This document shows, piece after piece, positions 44,152 through 53,654 of a stretch of DNA of 62,593 bases. Location: the NCBI GenBank assembly GCA_964543265.1, contig CAZIWN010000003.1, positions 1 through 62,593 on the forward strand, written 5' to 3'. The DNA comes from an uncultured Candidatus Saccharibacteria bacterium. GTDB lineage: Bacteria > Patescibacteriota > Minisyncoccia > UBA6257 > 1-14-0-10-40-38. The notes under the pieces were generated by a model. That model searched no databases and was not told the origin of the DNA. It saw only the letters and a list, made by a program, of their open reading frames with translations. The stretch's first letter is position 1. Every line of letters starts with the position of its first letter. Made by a program: the position numbers and the translations under genes.

Positions 44152-44619
44152 TTATCGATAATCAATTCTGTGAGCTCGGCGAATTTCTCCAGTGGTTTTT
44201 CTTAAATCTTCTTCCGATTCCCTACCCTTAAAAATCTTTGAAGATTTTTCCCTGGTTCCAATTGGGTTTGATGAGGTTGATATTTTAAGAAATAAATCTT
44301 TAAGAGGATTGGATGACTGGCTTGGTTTTTGGACAATCTTGCCCTCTTTTTTCCACAAAAAAGATCTTGGATGCCAAAGATAGTTAAAAGCAGCAAGTAC
44401 AATTTTTGTAGCAGGAACTCCATTAAACTTTCCGAAAGCTAGAATAACAGCAACTAATCCTAAAAATATGGAAATGATTATCCAAAGCCAAAATTGAAGA
44501 ATATAAAAAAGAATTATAGAGATAACGACGGCCGTGGCGATGTAAAAAAACTGCTTTATAGTAAGCGGACCAACTATTTTAGGAGAAACGTCTATAAATT
44601 GAGGGACCTGAAATTGCAT
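44152..44619 (-). CDS. PrgI/VirB3-like small membrane protein
   Basis: MQFQVPQFIDVSPKIVGPLTIKQFFYI followed by two TM segments, as in PrgI-family proteins. It is the only minus-strand gene in the cluster. Confidence 0.55.
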   Translation of the reverse strand: MQFQVPQFIDVSPKIVGPLTIKQFFYIATAVVISIILFYILQFWLWIIISIFLGLVAVILAFGKFNGVPATKIVLAAFNYLWHPRSFLWKKEGKIVQKPSQSSNPLKDLFLKISTSSNPIGTREKSSKIFKGRESEEDLRKTTGEIRRAHRIDYR

Positions 44620-44723
44620 ATTAGCTTAATTATACAACAATTAAACAAATACTAAATAATAGAGCGCAAATTTCAACAAATTTTGAAGTTAAAAAATATA
44701 TAGGTGTGTTATAATTTTATGTA

Positions 44724-45404
44724 ATGAATAAGGGCGAGGCATTTCCTACACAATCTCTTTTAGATATAGAAGACATAAAAGACAATACCGTTATTTTAAA
44801 AGGCGGGAAAATGCGCCAGATCTTGGCTGTTTCTGGGATGAATTTTGATTTGAAATCAAAAGAAGAACAGGAAGGAATAATTGGCTCATTTCAATCTTTT
44901 TTAAATTCTTTAAAATTCACGGCTCAAATATTTATACACTCTAGAAAAATAAACATAGATAGTTATTTGGAAAAATTAATAGACTTGGAGCAAAGAGAAG
45001 AAAATGAACTTTTAAGAAATTTAATAGCTGATTATAGGGATTTTATAAAATCATTTATTAAAGACAACGCAATAATGAATAAATCTTTTTTTGTGGTTGT
45101 TCCCTACGACACAGTATCCCTATCCTCAGCAACGGAAGGCGTTTCAAAGATTTTTGGAATTTTTGGAAAAAAGGAAAATAGCGAAGAAAAATCTCAAAGT
45201 CAGCAATTAGAAACAATGGAAAAGGATAAGCAATTAAGAGCCCATATCGAACAAATAACCCAAAGGACTAATCAAGTTATAGGAGTTTTAAATCAGGCAG
45301 GGCTCCGAGCCATACAATTAAACGACGACGAGTTGGCTGATCTTTTTTACAATATTTACAATCCAGATGCTATGGAGAAAAAAGATATATTAAAAGCTAA
45401 TTAA
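44724..45404 (+). CDS. VirB4-like ATPase, N-terminal-domain fragment as a separate ORF
   Basis: LLDIEDIKDNTVILKGGKMRQILAVSGMNFDLKSKEEQEGII resembles the N-termini of Gram-positive VirB4/TcpF/Orf16-type ATPases. It stops 8 nt before the ATPase ORF, in a different frame. Confidence 0.5.
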   Translation: MNKGEAFPTQSLLDIEDIKDNTVILKGGKMRQILAVSGMNFDLKSKEEQEGIIGSFQSFLNSLKFTAQIFIHSRKINIDSYLEKLIDLEQREENELLRNLIADYRDFIKSFIKDNAIMNKSFFVVVPYDTVSLSSATEGVSKIFGIFGKKENSEEKSQSQQLETMEKDKQLRAHIEQITQRTNQVIGVLNQAGLRAIQLNDDELADLFYNIYNPDAMEKKDILKAN

Positions 45405-45412
45405 ATAAAAAA

Positions 45413-47116
45413 ATGGAAAGCGATAAAATAAAAAATTTAATAGCTCCACCAGCACTAGAGGTTAATTCTAATTATTTAAAAATTGGAGATAAATATGCTA
45501 AAACTTTTTTTGTCTTTACGTATCCTAGGTTTTTAAATACTGGATGGTTTTCCCCCATCATCAACATGCCTAATTTGCTTGATATCTCTATATATATAAG
45601 CCCCACAGATCAAGCTCTGGCATTGAAAGACTTAAAGAAGAAATCTGCGCAAGTTCAGGCGCAAATGATGATGAATCAAGAAAAGGGACTGGTGAGAGAC
45701 CCGATGCTTGAAACAGCAATTAATGATATTGAAAACTTAAGAGATTCCCTACAACAAGGGCAAGAATCTATATTTTCTTTGGGAATATATATAACGATAT
45801 ATGCAAATGATCAAAAAGAATTAAAACAACTAGAGGGAGATGTTACTAGTTTACTTGAGTCTAGATTGGTTTACTCAAAACCGGCTATTTTTCAACAAAT
45901 GGAGGGATTTACCACGGTTATTCCGCTAGAAAATGATAAGTTAAATATAACAACAACGTTTAACACTGGGCCGCTGTCGTCTATTTTCCCTTTTATATCC
46001 ATAAATTTAACATCTGATACAGGAATTCTTTATGGAATAAATCGACACAATAATACCCTGGTTATTTTTGATAGATTTAGTTTGGAAAACTCTAATTTAG
46101 TTATTTTTGCTAAATCAGGATCTGGTAAATCGTATACGACAAAATTAGAAGCAATAAGACTTTTAATGACCGGAACAGATGTGATTATTATTGATCCTGA
46201 AAATGAATACGAAAGACTAGCTGAAGCTGTTGGTGGAAGTTTCTTTAGAATATCCTTAACTTCCCCACACCACATAAATCCATTCGATATTCCAGTAATC
46301 CCCCATGGAGAAGATCCAGCTGACGTGCTTAGAAGCCATATAGTAAATATGACTGGGCTTTTAAAATTAATGCTTGGAAAGATGGAGGTTGAAGAAGAGG
46401 CCATGCTTGATAGGGCCATAACAGAAACATATGCCTCAAGAGAAATAGTGCCGGGAAAAGATTTTTCAAATAAACAACCACCGCTATTACAAGATTTGGA
46501 ATCGATACTGCGAAATATGGAGGGCGGAAAATCTATAGCTGAAAGACTTTATAAATATACAAAAGGAAGCTATGCCGGATTTTTGAATGATTACTCTAAT
46601 GTTGATATTAAAAACAGAATGATTGTGTTTTCTATACGCGACCTAGAAGATGAATTGAGGCCAGTTGCTATGTATATAGTGTTAAATTTCGTATGGAATC
46701 TTGTCCGCTCACAATTAAAGAAAAGGGTTCTTATAATAGACGAGGCGTGGTGGATGATGAAGTATGAAGATGGAGCATCTTTCTTATTTGGATTAGTTAA
46801 GAGAGCTAGAAAATATTTCTTGGGAGTAACAACTATTACTCAAGATGTTGAGGACTTTTTAAAATCTCCTTACGGGAGACCAATTATTACTAACTCATCG
46901 CTACAAATACTTTTAAAACAAGCGCCAGTAATGATTGAGGCACTAAGCAAGACATTTAATTTAACCGAAACCGAAAAAAGCGTGCTTTTAGATGCTGAAG
47001 TCGGCCAAGGATTATTCTTTGCGGGATTAAACAGAGTGGCAATTCAAGTGGTTGCTTCTTATTTGGAAGATAAAATAATAACCACTAAACCGGAACAAAT
47101 ACTTCAGGGATTGTAA
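45413..47116 (+). CDS. VirB4-type (AAA_10-like) secretion ATPase
   Basis: Walker A KSGSGKS (GSGKS at 46118-46132), Walker B VLIIDEAWWM, TITQDVEDF. Confidence 0.75.
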   Translation: MESDKIKNLIAPPALEVNSNYLKIGDKYAKTFFVFTYPRFLNTGWFSPIINMPNLLDISIYISPTDQALALKDLKKKSAQVQAQMMMNQEKGLVRDPMLETAINDIENLRDSLQQGQESIFSLGIYITIYANDQKELKQLEGDVTSLLESRLVYSKPAIFQQMEGFTTVIPLENDKLNITTTFNTGPLSSIFPFISINLTSDTGILYGINRHNNTLVIFDRFSLENSNLVIFAKSGSGKSYTTKLEAIRLLMTGTDVIIIDPENEYERLAEAVGGSFFRISLTSPHHINPFDIPVIPHGEDPADVLRSHIVNMTGLLKLMLGKMEVEEEAMLDRAITETYASREIVPGKDFSNKQPPLLQDLESILRNMEGGKSIAERLYKYTKGSYAGFLNDYSNVDIKNRMIVFSIRDLEDELRPVAMYIVLNFVWNLVRSQLKKRVLIIDEAWWMMKYEDGASFLFGLVKRARKYFLGVTTITQDVEDFLKSPYGRPIITNSSLQILLKQAPVMIEALSKTFNLTETEKSVLLDAEVGQGLFFAGLNRVAIQVVASYLEDKIITTKPEQILQGL

Positions 47117-47143
47117 TAATAAAATCTGTTATTATTACTATAA

Positions 47144-47608
47144 ATGGAAGAAGAGATTAAACCGAGACTTTCTGGGACAGAAGCCTATTTTTTAATAGCT
47201 TTTGCCTTGATTGCCGACCTTATAAATTGGATACCAGTGATAAACATCATCACAACAGTTGTTACTGCTGCTTTTTTTCAATTTTATTTCTTTATAAGAA
47301 AGGTAAAAGGGGCTCAATGGAGCTTAATTGGAAACATAATAGAATTTATACCAGTGGCCAGCGTTTTACCGGCGATAACGGCTGGAGTTGTGGGAACAAT
47401 TATAGCGGATAGAATCCAAGCGAAAATTGATAATAAGATGGCGCAGACCGATTCTTTAAAAGAGCCTGATTTAGGATATAATTATAAAGATATAGAAGAC
47501 CAACAAGAGGAAGATGTTGAGGTTGAGAATGGTGCGGAAGAAAATGAAGAAAAAAACGAAGGCGAGCCGACAGAGGAAGAATCTGTTCAAGAATCTATAA
47601 AAAAATAA
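47144..47608 (+). CDS. T4SS-like cluster: 3-TM protein with an acidic tail
   Basis: Three hydrophobic segments, then an E/D-rich C-terminus. Confidence 0.5.
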   Translation: MEEEIKPRLSGTEAYFLIAFALIADLINWIPVINIITTVVTAAFFQFYFFIRKVKGAQWSLIGNIIEFIPVASVLPAITAGVVGTIIADRIQAKIDNKMAQTDSLKEPDLGYNYKDIEDQQEEDVEVENGAEENEEKNEGEPTEEESVQESIKK

Positions 47609-47620
47609 TTAGAAGCTTTA

Positions 47621-48307
47621 ATGAAATTTTTTAAAATAGCTATTTTAGTAATAAGTATAGTATTACCGGCTGTTTTTTATCATGAAACATCTTTCAGCGC
47701 AGTTTCTAATCCGGAAATAGTAATGACATGGAAAGCTAATAGCTTTATCCCCCACTGGTACAAAGGAAAAGCTATGCCCATCAGAAATTCTGAAATAAAG
47801 GCGGGTCTACTTTTAACAGACAATGGGAAGGTTGTGGATTTGTCTAGGTATGAAATAAGATGGATCGGCGATAATGGAATTTTTGAAAAAGGAATTGGAT
47901 TGGTTAATTTAAGTTTTAAATTAAATAAATTAATTTCGGAACCACAAAACTTAACAGCCACAGTTGTTGGATATAATGGTCAAAACATAAAGAAAACAAT
48001 GTCTATACCGGTAGTGGTGCCAGAAATTTCTGTGGATACTAATTTAAATTCTTCTCTCGTAAAAGATGGTGGATTGGCTTTATTAAGAGCAGTCCCACTA
48101 TTTTTTAACATAAATAAAGAATCTGATATTAATGTTAAATGGAATTTAAACAATAAATCATTAGCTAGTGAGTCGGCTGACGGATTAATAGAGTTAAATG
48201 TGCCGAAATTTGGAATGGAAGCATTTACCATAGACCTAACTGCAAACAATAAGCTTCAGGAGTTGGAAATTGCATCCACTGAAAAATATTTCAATATAAT
48301 AAAATAA
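47621..48307 (+). CDS. T4SS-like cluster: secreted 228-aa orphan
   Basis: Signal/anchor IAILVISIVLPAVFY. Beta-rich-looking remainder. Confidence 0.5.
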   Translation: MKFFKIAILVISIVLPAVFYHETSFSAVSNPEIVMTWKANSFIPHWYKGKAMPIRNSEIKAGLLLTDNGKVVDLSRYEIRWIGDNGIFEKGIGLVNLSFKLNKLISEPQNLTATVVGYNGQNIKKTMSIPVVVPEISVDTNLNSSLVKDGGLALLRAVPLFFNINKESDINVKWNLNNKSLASESADGLIELNVPKFGMEAFTIDLTANNKLQELEIASTEKYFNIIK

Positions 48308-49116
48308 TGCTTAAAAATAAATTTCTAAGAAAATATTTAGTATTGATGTTGTTTTTTTTGTTATTTGTATCTATAAAGCAAAGCGTTTTAGCTATTGAAT
48401 ATAAAACACAATTATCTGTTCCGATACCGGTTGATTGCGACATACTCCCATCTTCAGGGCAATTAGATCCTGGTTGTGAAAAAAAAGAGATTGGAGGATT
48501 GGTTGATATTGTGACAACGATGTATAGGTTTGCCGTTGGGGCTGGAACGTTTTTAGCCATAATAATGATTGTAATAGGAGGAATACAATATACGGCCTCT
48601 GAAGTTGTTGGATCTAAAGAAGATGCAAAGAAAAAAATTCAAAATGCGATATATGGATTGATATTACTTGCAGTATCTATACCAATTCTTAAATTTATAA
48701 ATCCGCAGATCACACTATTAAGCGATAGCGACATAGGAGATGTCGGAGAAATAAAATCGAGCTACGGAACAACATCGGAACCAAGCCTTTGCGGAACGTC
48801 TCTTGCGTGCTCGCCTATTGGATCTGTACTTATAGATAAAGATTATGACGTGGTGAGGGGTTGTGGCTCTGATTGTAGATTTGTAGAACTAGATGGCGAT
48901 GCTGAAGATTATTACGATGGAGATATAGATGGATATAAAGAGAAGAATAGGTGCGGAACACCGATATCTCAATGCACGAGCTTAAATACTATAATAAATC
49001 AATCCACGACAACTTTCCCGGATGGAGAAATAGTTGTGCAAACCGACTTTTGCTCACTAAACTGCACAATCAGGCACTACTTTGATAGGACAAGTATGAA
49101 AAATAAAACCGAATAA
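48307..49116 (+). CDS. T4SS-pilin-like (VirB2/TrbC-type) protein with a Cys-rich C-terminal extension
   Basis: Signal, then the hydrophobic hairpin GAGTFLAIIMIVIGGIQY...KKKIQNAIYGLILLAVSIPILKF, then ~125 aa with 8 Cys. Confidence 0.55.
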   Translation: MLKNKFLRKYLVLMLFFLLFVSIKQSVLAIEYKTQLSVPIPVDCDILPSSGQLDPGCEKKEIGGLVDIVTTMYRFAVGAGTFLAIIMIVIGGIQYTASEVVGSKEDAKKKIQNAIYGLILLAVSIPILKFINPQITLLSDSDIGDVGEIKSSYGTTSEPSLCGTSLACSPIGSVLIDKDYDVVRGCGSDCRFVELDGDAEDYYDGDIDGYKEKNRCGTPISQCTSLNTIINQSTTTFPDGEIVVQTDFCSLNCTIRHYFDRTSMKNKTE

Positions 49117-49120
49117 AAAA

Positions 49121-50248
49121 ATGAAAAAAATAATTTTAATAGTTTTGATTTTTATTGTTTTATTTGGCGGATTTTACTTCTTTTATATGCGCGGCGGGGA
49201 GGTTTTAAATAATGAAACGCAAAACAATAATCTTCCAGGGTCTTCAACTACTCAAAACAATAAACCAAATTCAAACACCACAAAAACTACGACTTCAAAA
49301 TATAAAAAAATAGCTGGTGATGTTTTTGCTTATTCGATAAAAGATGATGGTGTTTATTATGTAAGAAATGATGGAAAAATTTATTTTTTAGAAGGAAGCC
49401 TTGATCCTCAAGAGATTTCTAATTATGGGATAGATAATTTGTCGGAAATAAAAATATCTTCTGACAATAGCTACTTATTGGCCTCCTACAGAGACAATAA
49501 CAACTATAAGTTCCCTTATTTTGATTTTAAAAAGAGGGAGTGGACTCCGTTGCCAGACGGAATAATATCTGCGGATATTAGCCCAACATCTAAAGAATTA
49601 ATTTATTTATTAGAAAAGAGCTCTGGAAATGTTCTTTATATTAAAGATCTCGTAAAAAATCAAACAAAAGAACTTGCAAAAATTAATTTGAGCGATGTTG
49701 ATTTAAAATGGCTTGATGCTCAAAGAATTGTTTTTATGGAAAAAGAATCAAGAAATATCGCGTCTAGGATCTGGTTGTTTAATTTAAAAACAAAAGAACT
49801 TCAATTAATAAATGGAAATGGAGAAAAAAGATTGCTAGTGAATTGGTTTAATAATAATGCTTTTGCTTTAAAATTTTCGGAAAAAGATCAAAAGGGATCA
49901 CTTTCTTTTATAAATAAAGATTTGATTGAAATATCTCAAGAATCTCTCTCAACTCTGCCAAATAAATGCGGATATTTAAACGATAAAACGATGCTTTGTG
50001 GAGTTTTTAAAGAAATTCCGGCTGGAGTTTTTTTGCCCGATGATTATATGAAGAAAAGTTTTTATTCTGATGATGATCTTTATTTATGGAATCCTTCAAC
50101 TGGAAACAAAAAAATGATTCCGACAGGAATAATTAGCCAAATTGACATTACTCAAATAAGGGCAACTGGAACTAAAGCGTATTTTGTAAATAGATTCGAC
50201 AACTCATTGTATCAAATAAATATTGCTGAGTATTTAAGCAATCCCTAA
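49121..50248 (+). CDS. TM-anchored beta-propeller-like (TolB/WD40-like) protein
   Basis: N-terminal TM, N/T-rich linker, then repeated beta-strand-like segments. Confidence 0.4.
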   Translation: MKKIILIVLIFIVLFGGFYFFYMRGGEVLNNETQNNNLPGSSTTQNNKPNSNTTKTTTSKYKKIAGDVFAYSIKDDGVYYVRNDGKIYFLEGSLDPQEISNYGIDNLSEIKISSDNSYLLASYRDNNNYKFPYFDFKKREWTPLPDGIISADISPTSKELIYLLEKSSGNVLYIKDLVKNQTKELAKINLSDVDLKWLDAQRIVFMEKESRNIASRIWLFNLKTKELQLINGNGEKRLLVNWFNNNAFALKFSEKDQKGSLSFINKDLIEISQESLSTLPNKCGYLNDKTMLCGVFKEIPAGVFLPDDYMKKSFYSDDDLYLWNPSTGNKKMIPTGIISQIDITQIRATGTKAYFVNRFDNSLYQINIAEYLSNP

Positions 50249-50275
50249 TACATAAAGAATAAGTGGTTCTTAAAT

Positions 50276-50307
50276 AAAAATACCGCAATTGTAATCGCGG
50301 TATTTTT
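50276..50307. terminator. Bidirectional terminator closing the cluster
   Basis: AAAAATACCGC-10 nt-GCGGTATTTTT between convergent genes. Confidence 0.7.
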
Positions 50308-50309
50308 AT

Positions 50310-50738
50310 TTATATAGGCCTTACAACAACGCAACGATCTCTACCCTCTCCACTGCTTTCTGTCTTAACATCTGGTCGAACAGCTAGCTCTGTGTGGACA
50401 ATGCGCCTCTCATAAGCGTTCATAGCGGGAAGGCGAACCTCTGATTTTTGACTAGAGGCACGCCTAGCGGCTGCCTTTGCAAGCTCTATGATTAATTTTT
50501 CTCTTTCTTTTTTGTAACCATTAACGTCTATTAGAAAATACTCCATTCCAGCCTTCTTGGCCATGAGGCGAATAATACAATCTAAATTAAAAATAAGTTC
50601 TGGCAACCACTTTTTAATCCAATTACCTTCATTTACAAAAATATCTATGTGGCGGCCTTCAAAATCTATATTAACCGTAGGCTCAGAGAGTCCTAGAAGA
50701 TTTAAGATATTTTCTATTTGTAATTTAAAGCTTTCCAT
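50310..50738 (-). CDS. jag: Jag/KhpB-like R3H RNA-binding protein
   Basis: R3H ERRIVHTEL, downstream of yidC. Confidence 0.8.
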   Translation of the reverse strand: MESFKLQIENILNLLGLSEPTVNIDFEGRHIDIFVNEGNWIKKWLPELIFNLDCIIRLMAKKAGMEYFLIDVNGYKKEREKLIIELAKAAARRASSQKSEVRLPAMNAYERRIVHTELAVRPDVKTESSGEGRDRCVVVRPI

Positions 50739-51456
50739 TATTTTTATTCACTAAAGCAGATTCTTTATTCTTTAAGTGTTTATTTGTGAAAAATTGCTGA
50801 ATTAACGAGACGAGGGCTGTGGTTGCTATATATAAAACTATTCCCGAAGGAAGCTTCCAAAAAATAAAAATCATAAGTATTGGGAGCATAAAGGCGGTTT
50901 GGCGCTGAATTTTCGCCTGAGGATCATTACTGTCCTTAGAAGCCCCAACACTAAAGTATCCTTGCAAAAATTGGAAGACTGCTGCTAAACATATGATTAG
51001 TATATTGGCGTTTTGGAGGTTAATCAAGCCAAAAGAAATTTCATTTAAAGATTCTGGTTTTGATATGAAAGAATAAACAAGATCAAGTGAGGAGCCCTTT
51101 AATCCTGAATTCATAACCTTATAAATAGCTATAAGAATAGGAAGTTGAATTATTAAAATAATAAAGCTAGAAAATGGATTAACCTTATTCTCTTTATATA
51201 GAGCCATCATGGCTTCGCTTTGGCGGACCTTATCGTCTTTATGCTCTTCTTGTATCTTTTTTAAATCACCCTGCAGGCGCCTCATGGCCCCTTGATGCAT
51301 CTGCATCTTATGATTTAGGGGATATAAAATTAATTTAATTAAAATTGTTAAAAGAATAATGGCTATGCCTAAATCTTTAAAAGCGATCGTGTTATAGAAA
51401 AAAATAAGAAGATTGAATAGTGGCCTGTAAATAATTTCGTTCCAAATAAATGACAT
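50725..51456 (-). CDS. yidC: Membrane protein insertase YidC (short form)
   Basis: 243 aa, 5 TM, with rnpA-yidC-jag synteny. Confidence 0.85.
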   Translation of the reverse strand: MSFIWNEIIYRPLFNLLIFFYNTIAFKDLGIAIILLTILIKLILYPLNHKMQMHQGAMRRLQGDLKKIQEEHKDDKVRQSEAMMALYKENKVNPFSSFIILIIQLPILIAIYKVMNSGLKGSSLDLVYSFISKPESLNEISFGLINLQNANILIICLAAVFQFLQGYFSVGASKDSNDPQAKIQRQTAFMLPILMIFIFWKLPSGIVLYIATTALVSLIQQFFTNKHLKNKESALVNKNNGKL

Positions 51457-51468
51457 TTTGTTTTTATA

Positions 51469-51786
51469 TTAAAACTCCATTAATTTTTCGATCTCTTTTC
51501 TTATAAATAAGAGATTGAAGTCTTTTTTTAATTTCGGCGATGTTAAAATTACATAATCCCTACAAGGAACCTTATTTAAATACCCTTCTAAGGATATAAA
51601 AATAAACCTCTTAAGTCTATTTCTAATAACGGCGCTATTTATATTTTTTTTACTTAAAATAACTGAAAAGCGATTAACTACCCCACCGTTAAACCCCTTA
51701 ACTACAAAAAAATCTGTTTTTTTAGAAATTTGAGGAGTTTTATTTAAAAAAATCTGCGCCTTAAAGCGGTTTATTTTTTTTAGCAC
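51469..51786 (-). CDS. rnpA: Ribonuclease P protein component
   Basis: RNRLKRFIF motif, downstream of rpmH. Confidence 0.8.
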   Translation of the reverse strand: MLKKINRFKAQIFLNKTPQISKKTDFFVVKGFNGGVVNRFSVILSKKNINSAVIRNRLKRFIFISLEGYLNKVPCRDYVILTSPKLKKDFNLLFIRKEIEKLMEF

Positions 51787-51813
51787 GAATATTTAGTTAT
51801 TTTTTAACAAAAA

Positions 51814-51948
51814 CTAAACAGCTAACCTTTTTCTACCCTTTTGTCGCCTAGCTTTTAACACGCGTCTTCCGCCATATGTTCTGGATCTCTTTAAAAATCC
51901 GTGAGTTCTTCTCCTTTTCTTCTTGCTTGGCTGATAAGTTTGAGACAT
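51814..51948 (-). CDS. rpmH: 50S ribosomal protein L34 (below the ORF-track cut-off)
   Basis: Hand translation gives [44 protein letters not shown]. Confidence 0.9.
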   Translation of the reverse strand: MSQTYQPSKKKRRRTHGFLKRSRTYGGRRVLKARRQKGRKRLAV

Positions 51949-52289
51949 TTTTTAAAAAAACGTAATTATTACTAATGGATAGATAATAATCATTTTGTCG
52001 GGAAAAATCAACCCTGAGCTATTTTGCGAACATTAAATTTATACATTATTTTTAAGAAACGACAAGACTATTATTTTGTTAAAAAAGTTATTAACATGAT
52101 ATCAACAGATTATTAAGGAAAATTTTTTTGACTTAAGCCGTCGAAAGAATAGACTGATTAATATATAGGTTTATTCTCTTGTTGTAGAAAAAATATTTTT
52201 TATTTTGAGGATGAATCTGATTGATTTTGTATCGCAGAAAATGAGATCTAGTCGAAACGTGGGTAATTATAAAAAATAATTTTAAATTA

Positions 52290-53654
52290 ATGGACTTTGA
52301 CTCTCTTTGGCAAGCGGCTCTATCTGATATAGAACTACAATTATCTAAAACTAACTTTATAACCTGGTTTAAGAATAGTAGATTAATAGAAAAAAACGAT
52401 GGAGCAGCTACTGTTGCGCTACCAAATCACTTTGCCAAGGAATATGTTGCGAATAAATACTATAAATTAATACTTGGAGCATTAAGAAATCTAGACGAAA
52501 CAACAAAAAAAGTAGATTTTATAGTTTTAGCTCAAAATCAGACGTATGTTCCTAAGGAAATAAAAAATCAGATGAAGAGCGCTGATGATATGGGTCAATT
52601 ATCGTTTAATGATTTTAAAATAGATCCAGAAACTGGAATAAATCCTAAATATACTCTTAGCTCATTCATAGTTGGTAAATCTAATGAACTTGCCTTTGCT
52701 GCCATACAAGGAATAATTCATGAAATAGGAACAAAATATAATCCATTATTTATATATGGAGGTGTTGGTTTAGGTAAAACACATTTAATGCAGGGTGCTG
52801 GAAACGCTATTAAAGATCTTTATAAAGGTAAAGTGAGGGTAAAGTATGTTTCTTCTGAAAAATTTACTAATGACGTTATTTGGGCTATTAGAAATAAAAG
52901 AATGGAGACTATTAAAGAGAAATATAGACTAATTGATGTATTAATAATTGACGATATTCAATTTATTGGAGGAAAAGCTGCAACTGAAGAGGAGTTTTTC
53001 CACACATTTAATGCTTTATATGAAAATAATAAACAAATAATAATATCTTCGGATAGGGCTCCTAAATATATACCAACCCTTGAAGAAAGGCTCAGGTCTA
53101 GATTTCAGGGTGGAATGATAGCAGATATTGGATTTCCTGATTATGAGTTAAGGTGCGCAATAATTAAAACTAAATCACAAGAAAAAAACCTTCAATTAGA
53201 GGATTCTTTAGTTAATTTAATCTCAAGTAAGGGGCAAAAAAGCATTAGAGAGATAGAGGGAGTGTTAAATAGATTATTATTTTACCAAAACACGAAAAAA
53301 GAGCCTTTAAATCAGAAATTAATAGAAGAAATTCTTAATGAATCATCTGAAAAAACAACACAAAATATAAATCCTAACCAGATTATAAAAGCTGTATCTG
53401 ATTATTTCCAAATAACGCCAAATGAAATATTTAATAGGTCGAGAAAAAAAGAAATTGCCGAAGCTAGGCAGATATCTATGTATTTATTAAGAGATGTTTT
53501 GAATTTATCTTACCCTTTTATTGGTAAAAAATTGGGAAAAAGAGATCATACTACGGCTATTTATTCTTATGAGAAGATATCTAAAGAAATAAATAAAAAT
53601 CAATTCTTAAATCAAAAAATAATTGCAATTAAAGAATTAATTAATAAAGAATAA
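52290..53654 (+). CDS. dnaA: Chromosomal replication initiator DnaA
   Basis: GGVGLGKTHL, IIDDIQF, C-terminal ARQISMYLLRD...LGKRDHTT. Confidence 0.9.
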   Translation: MDFDSLWQAALSDIELQLSKTNFITWFKNSRLIEKNDGAATVALPNHFAKEYVANKYYKLILGALRNLDETTKKVDFIVLAQNQTYVPKEIKNQMKSADDMGQLSFNDFKIDPETGINPKYTLSSFIVGKSNELAFAAIQGIIHEIGTKYNPLFIYGGVGLGKTHLMQGAGNAIKDLYKGKVRVKYVSSEKFTNDVIWAIRNKRMETIKEKYRLIDVLIIDDIQFIGGKAATEEEFFHTFNALYENNKQIIISSDRAPKYIPTLEERLRSRFQGGMIADIGFPDYELRCAIIKTKSQEKNLQLEDSLVNLISSKGQKSIREIEGVLNRLLFYQNTKKEPLNQKLIEEILNESSEKTTQNINPNQIIKAVSDYFQITPNEIFNRSRKKEIAEARQISMYLLRDVLNLSYPFIGKKLGKRDHTTAIYSYEKISKEINKNQFLNQKIIAIKELINKE

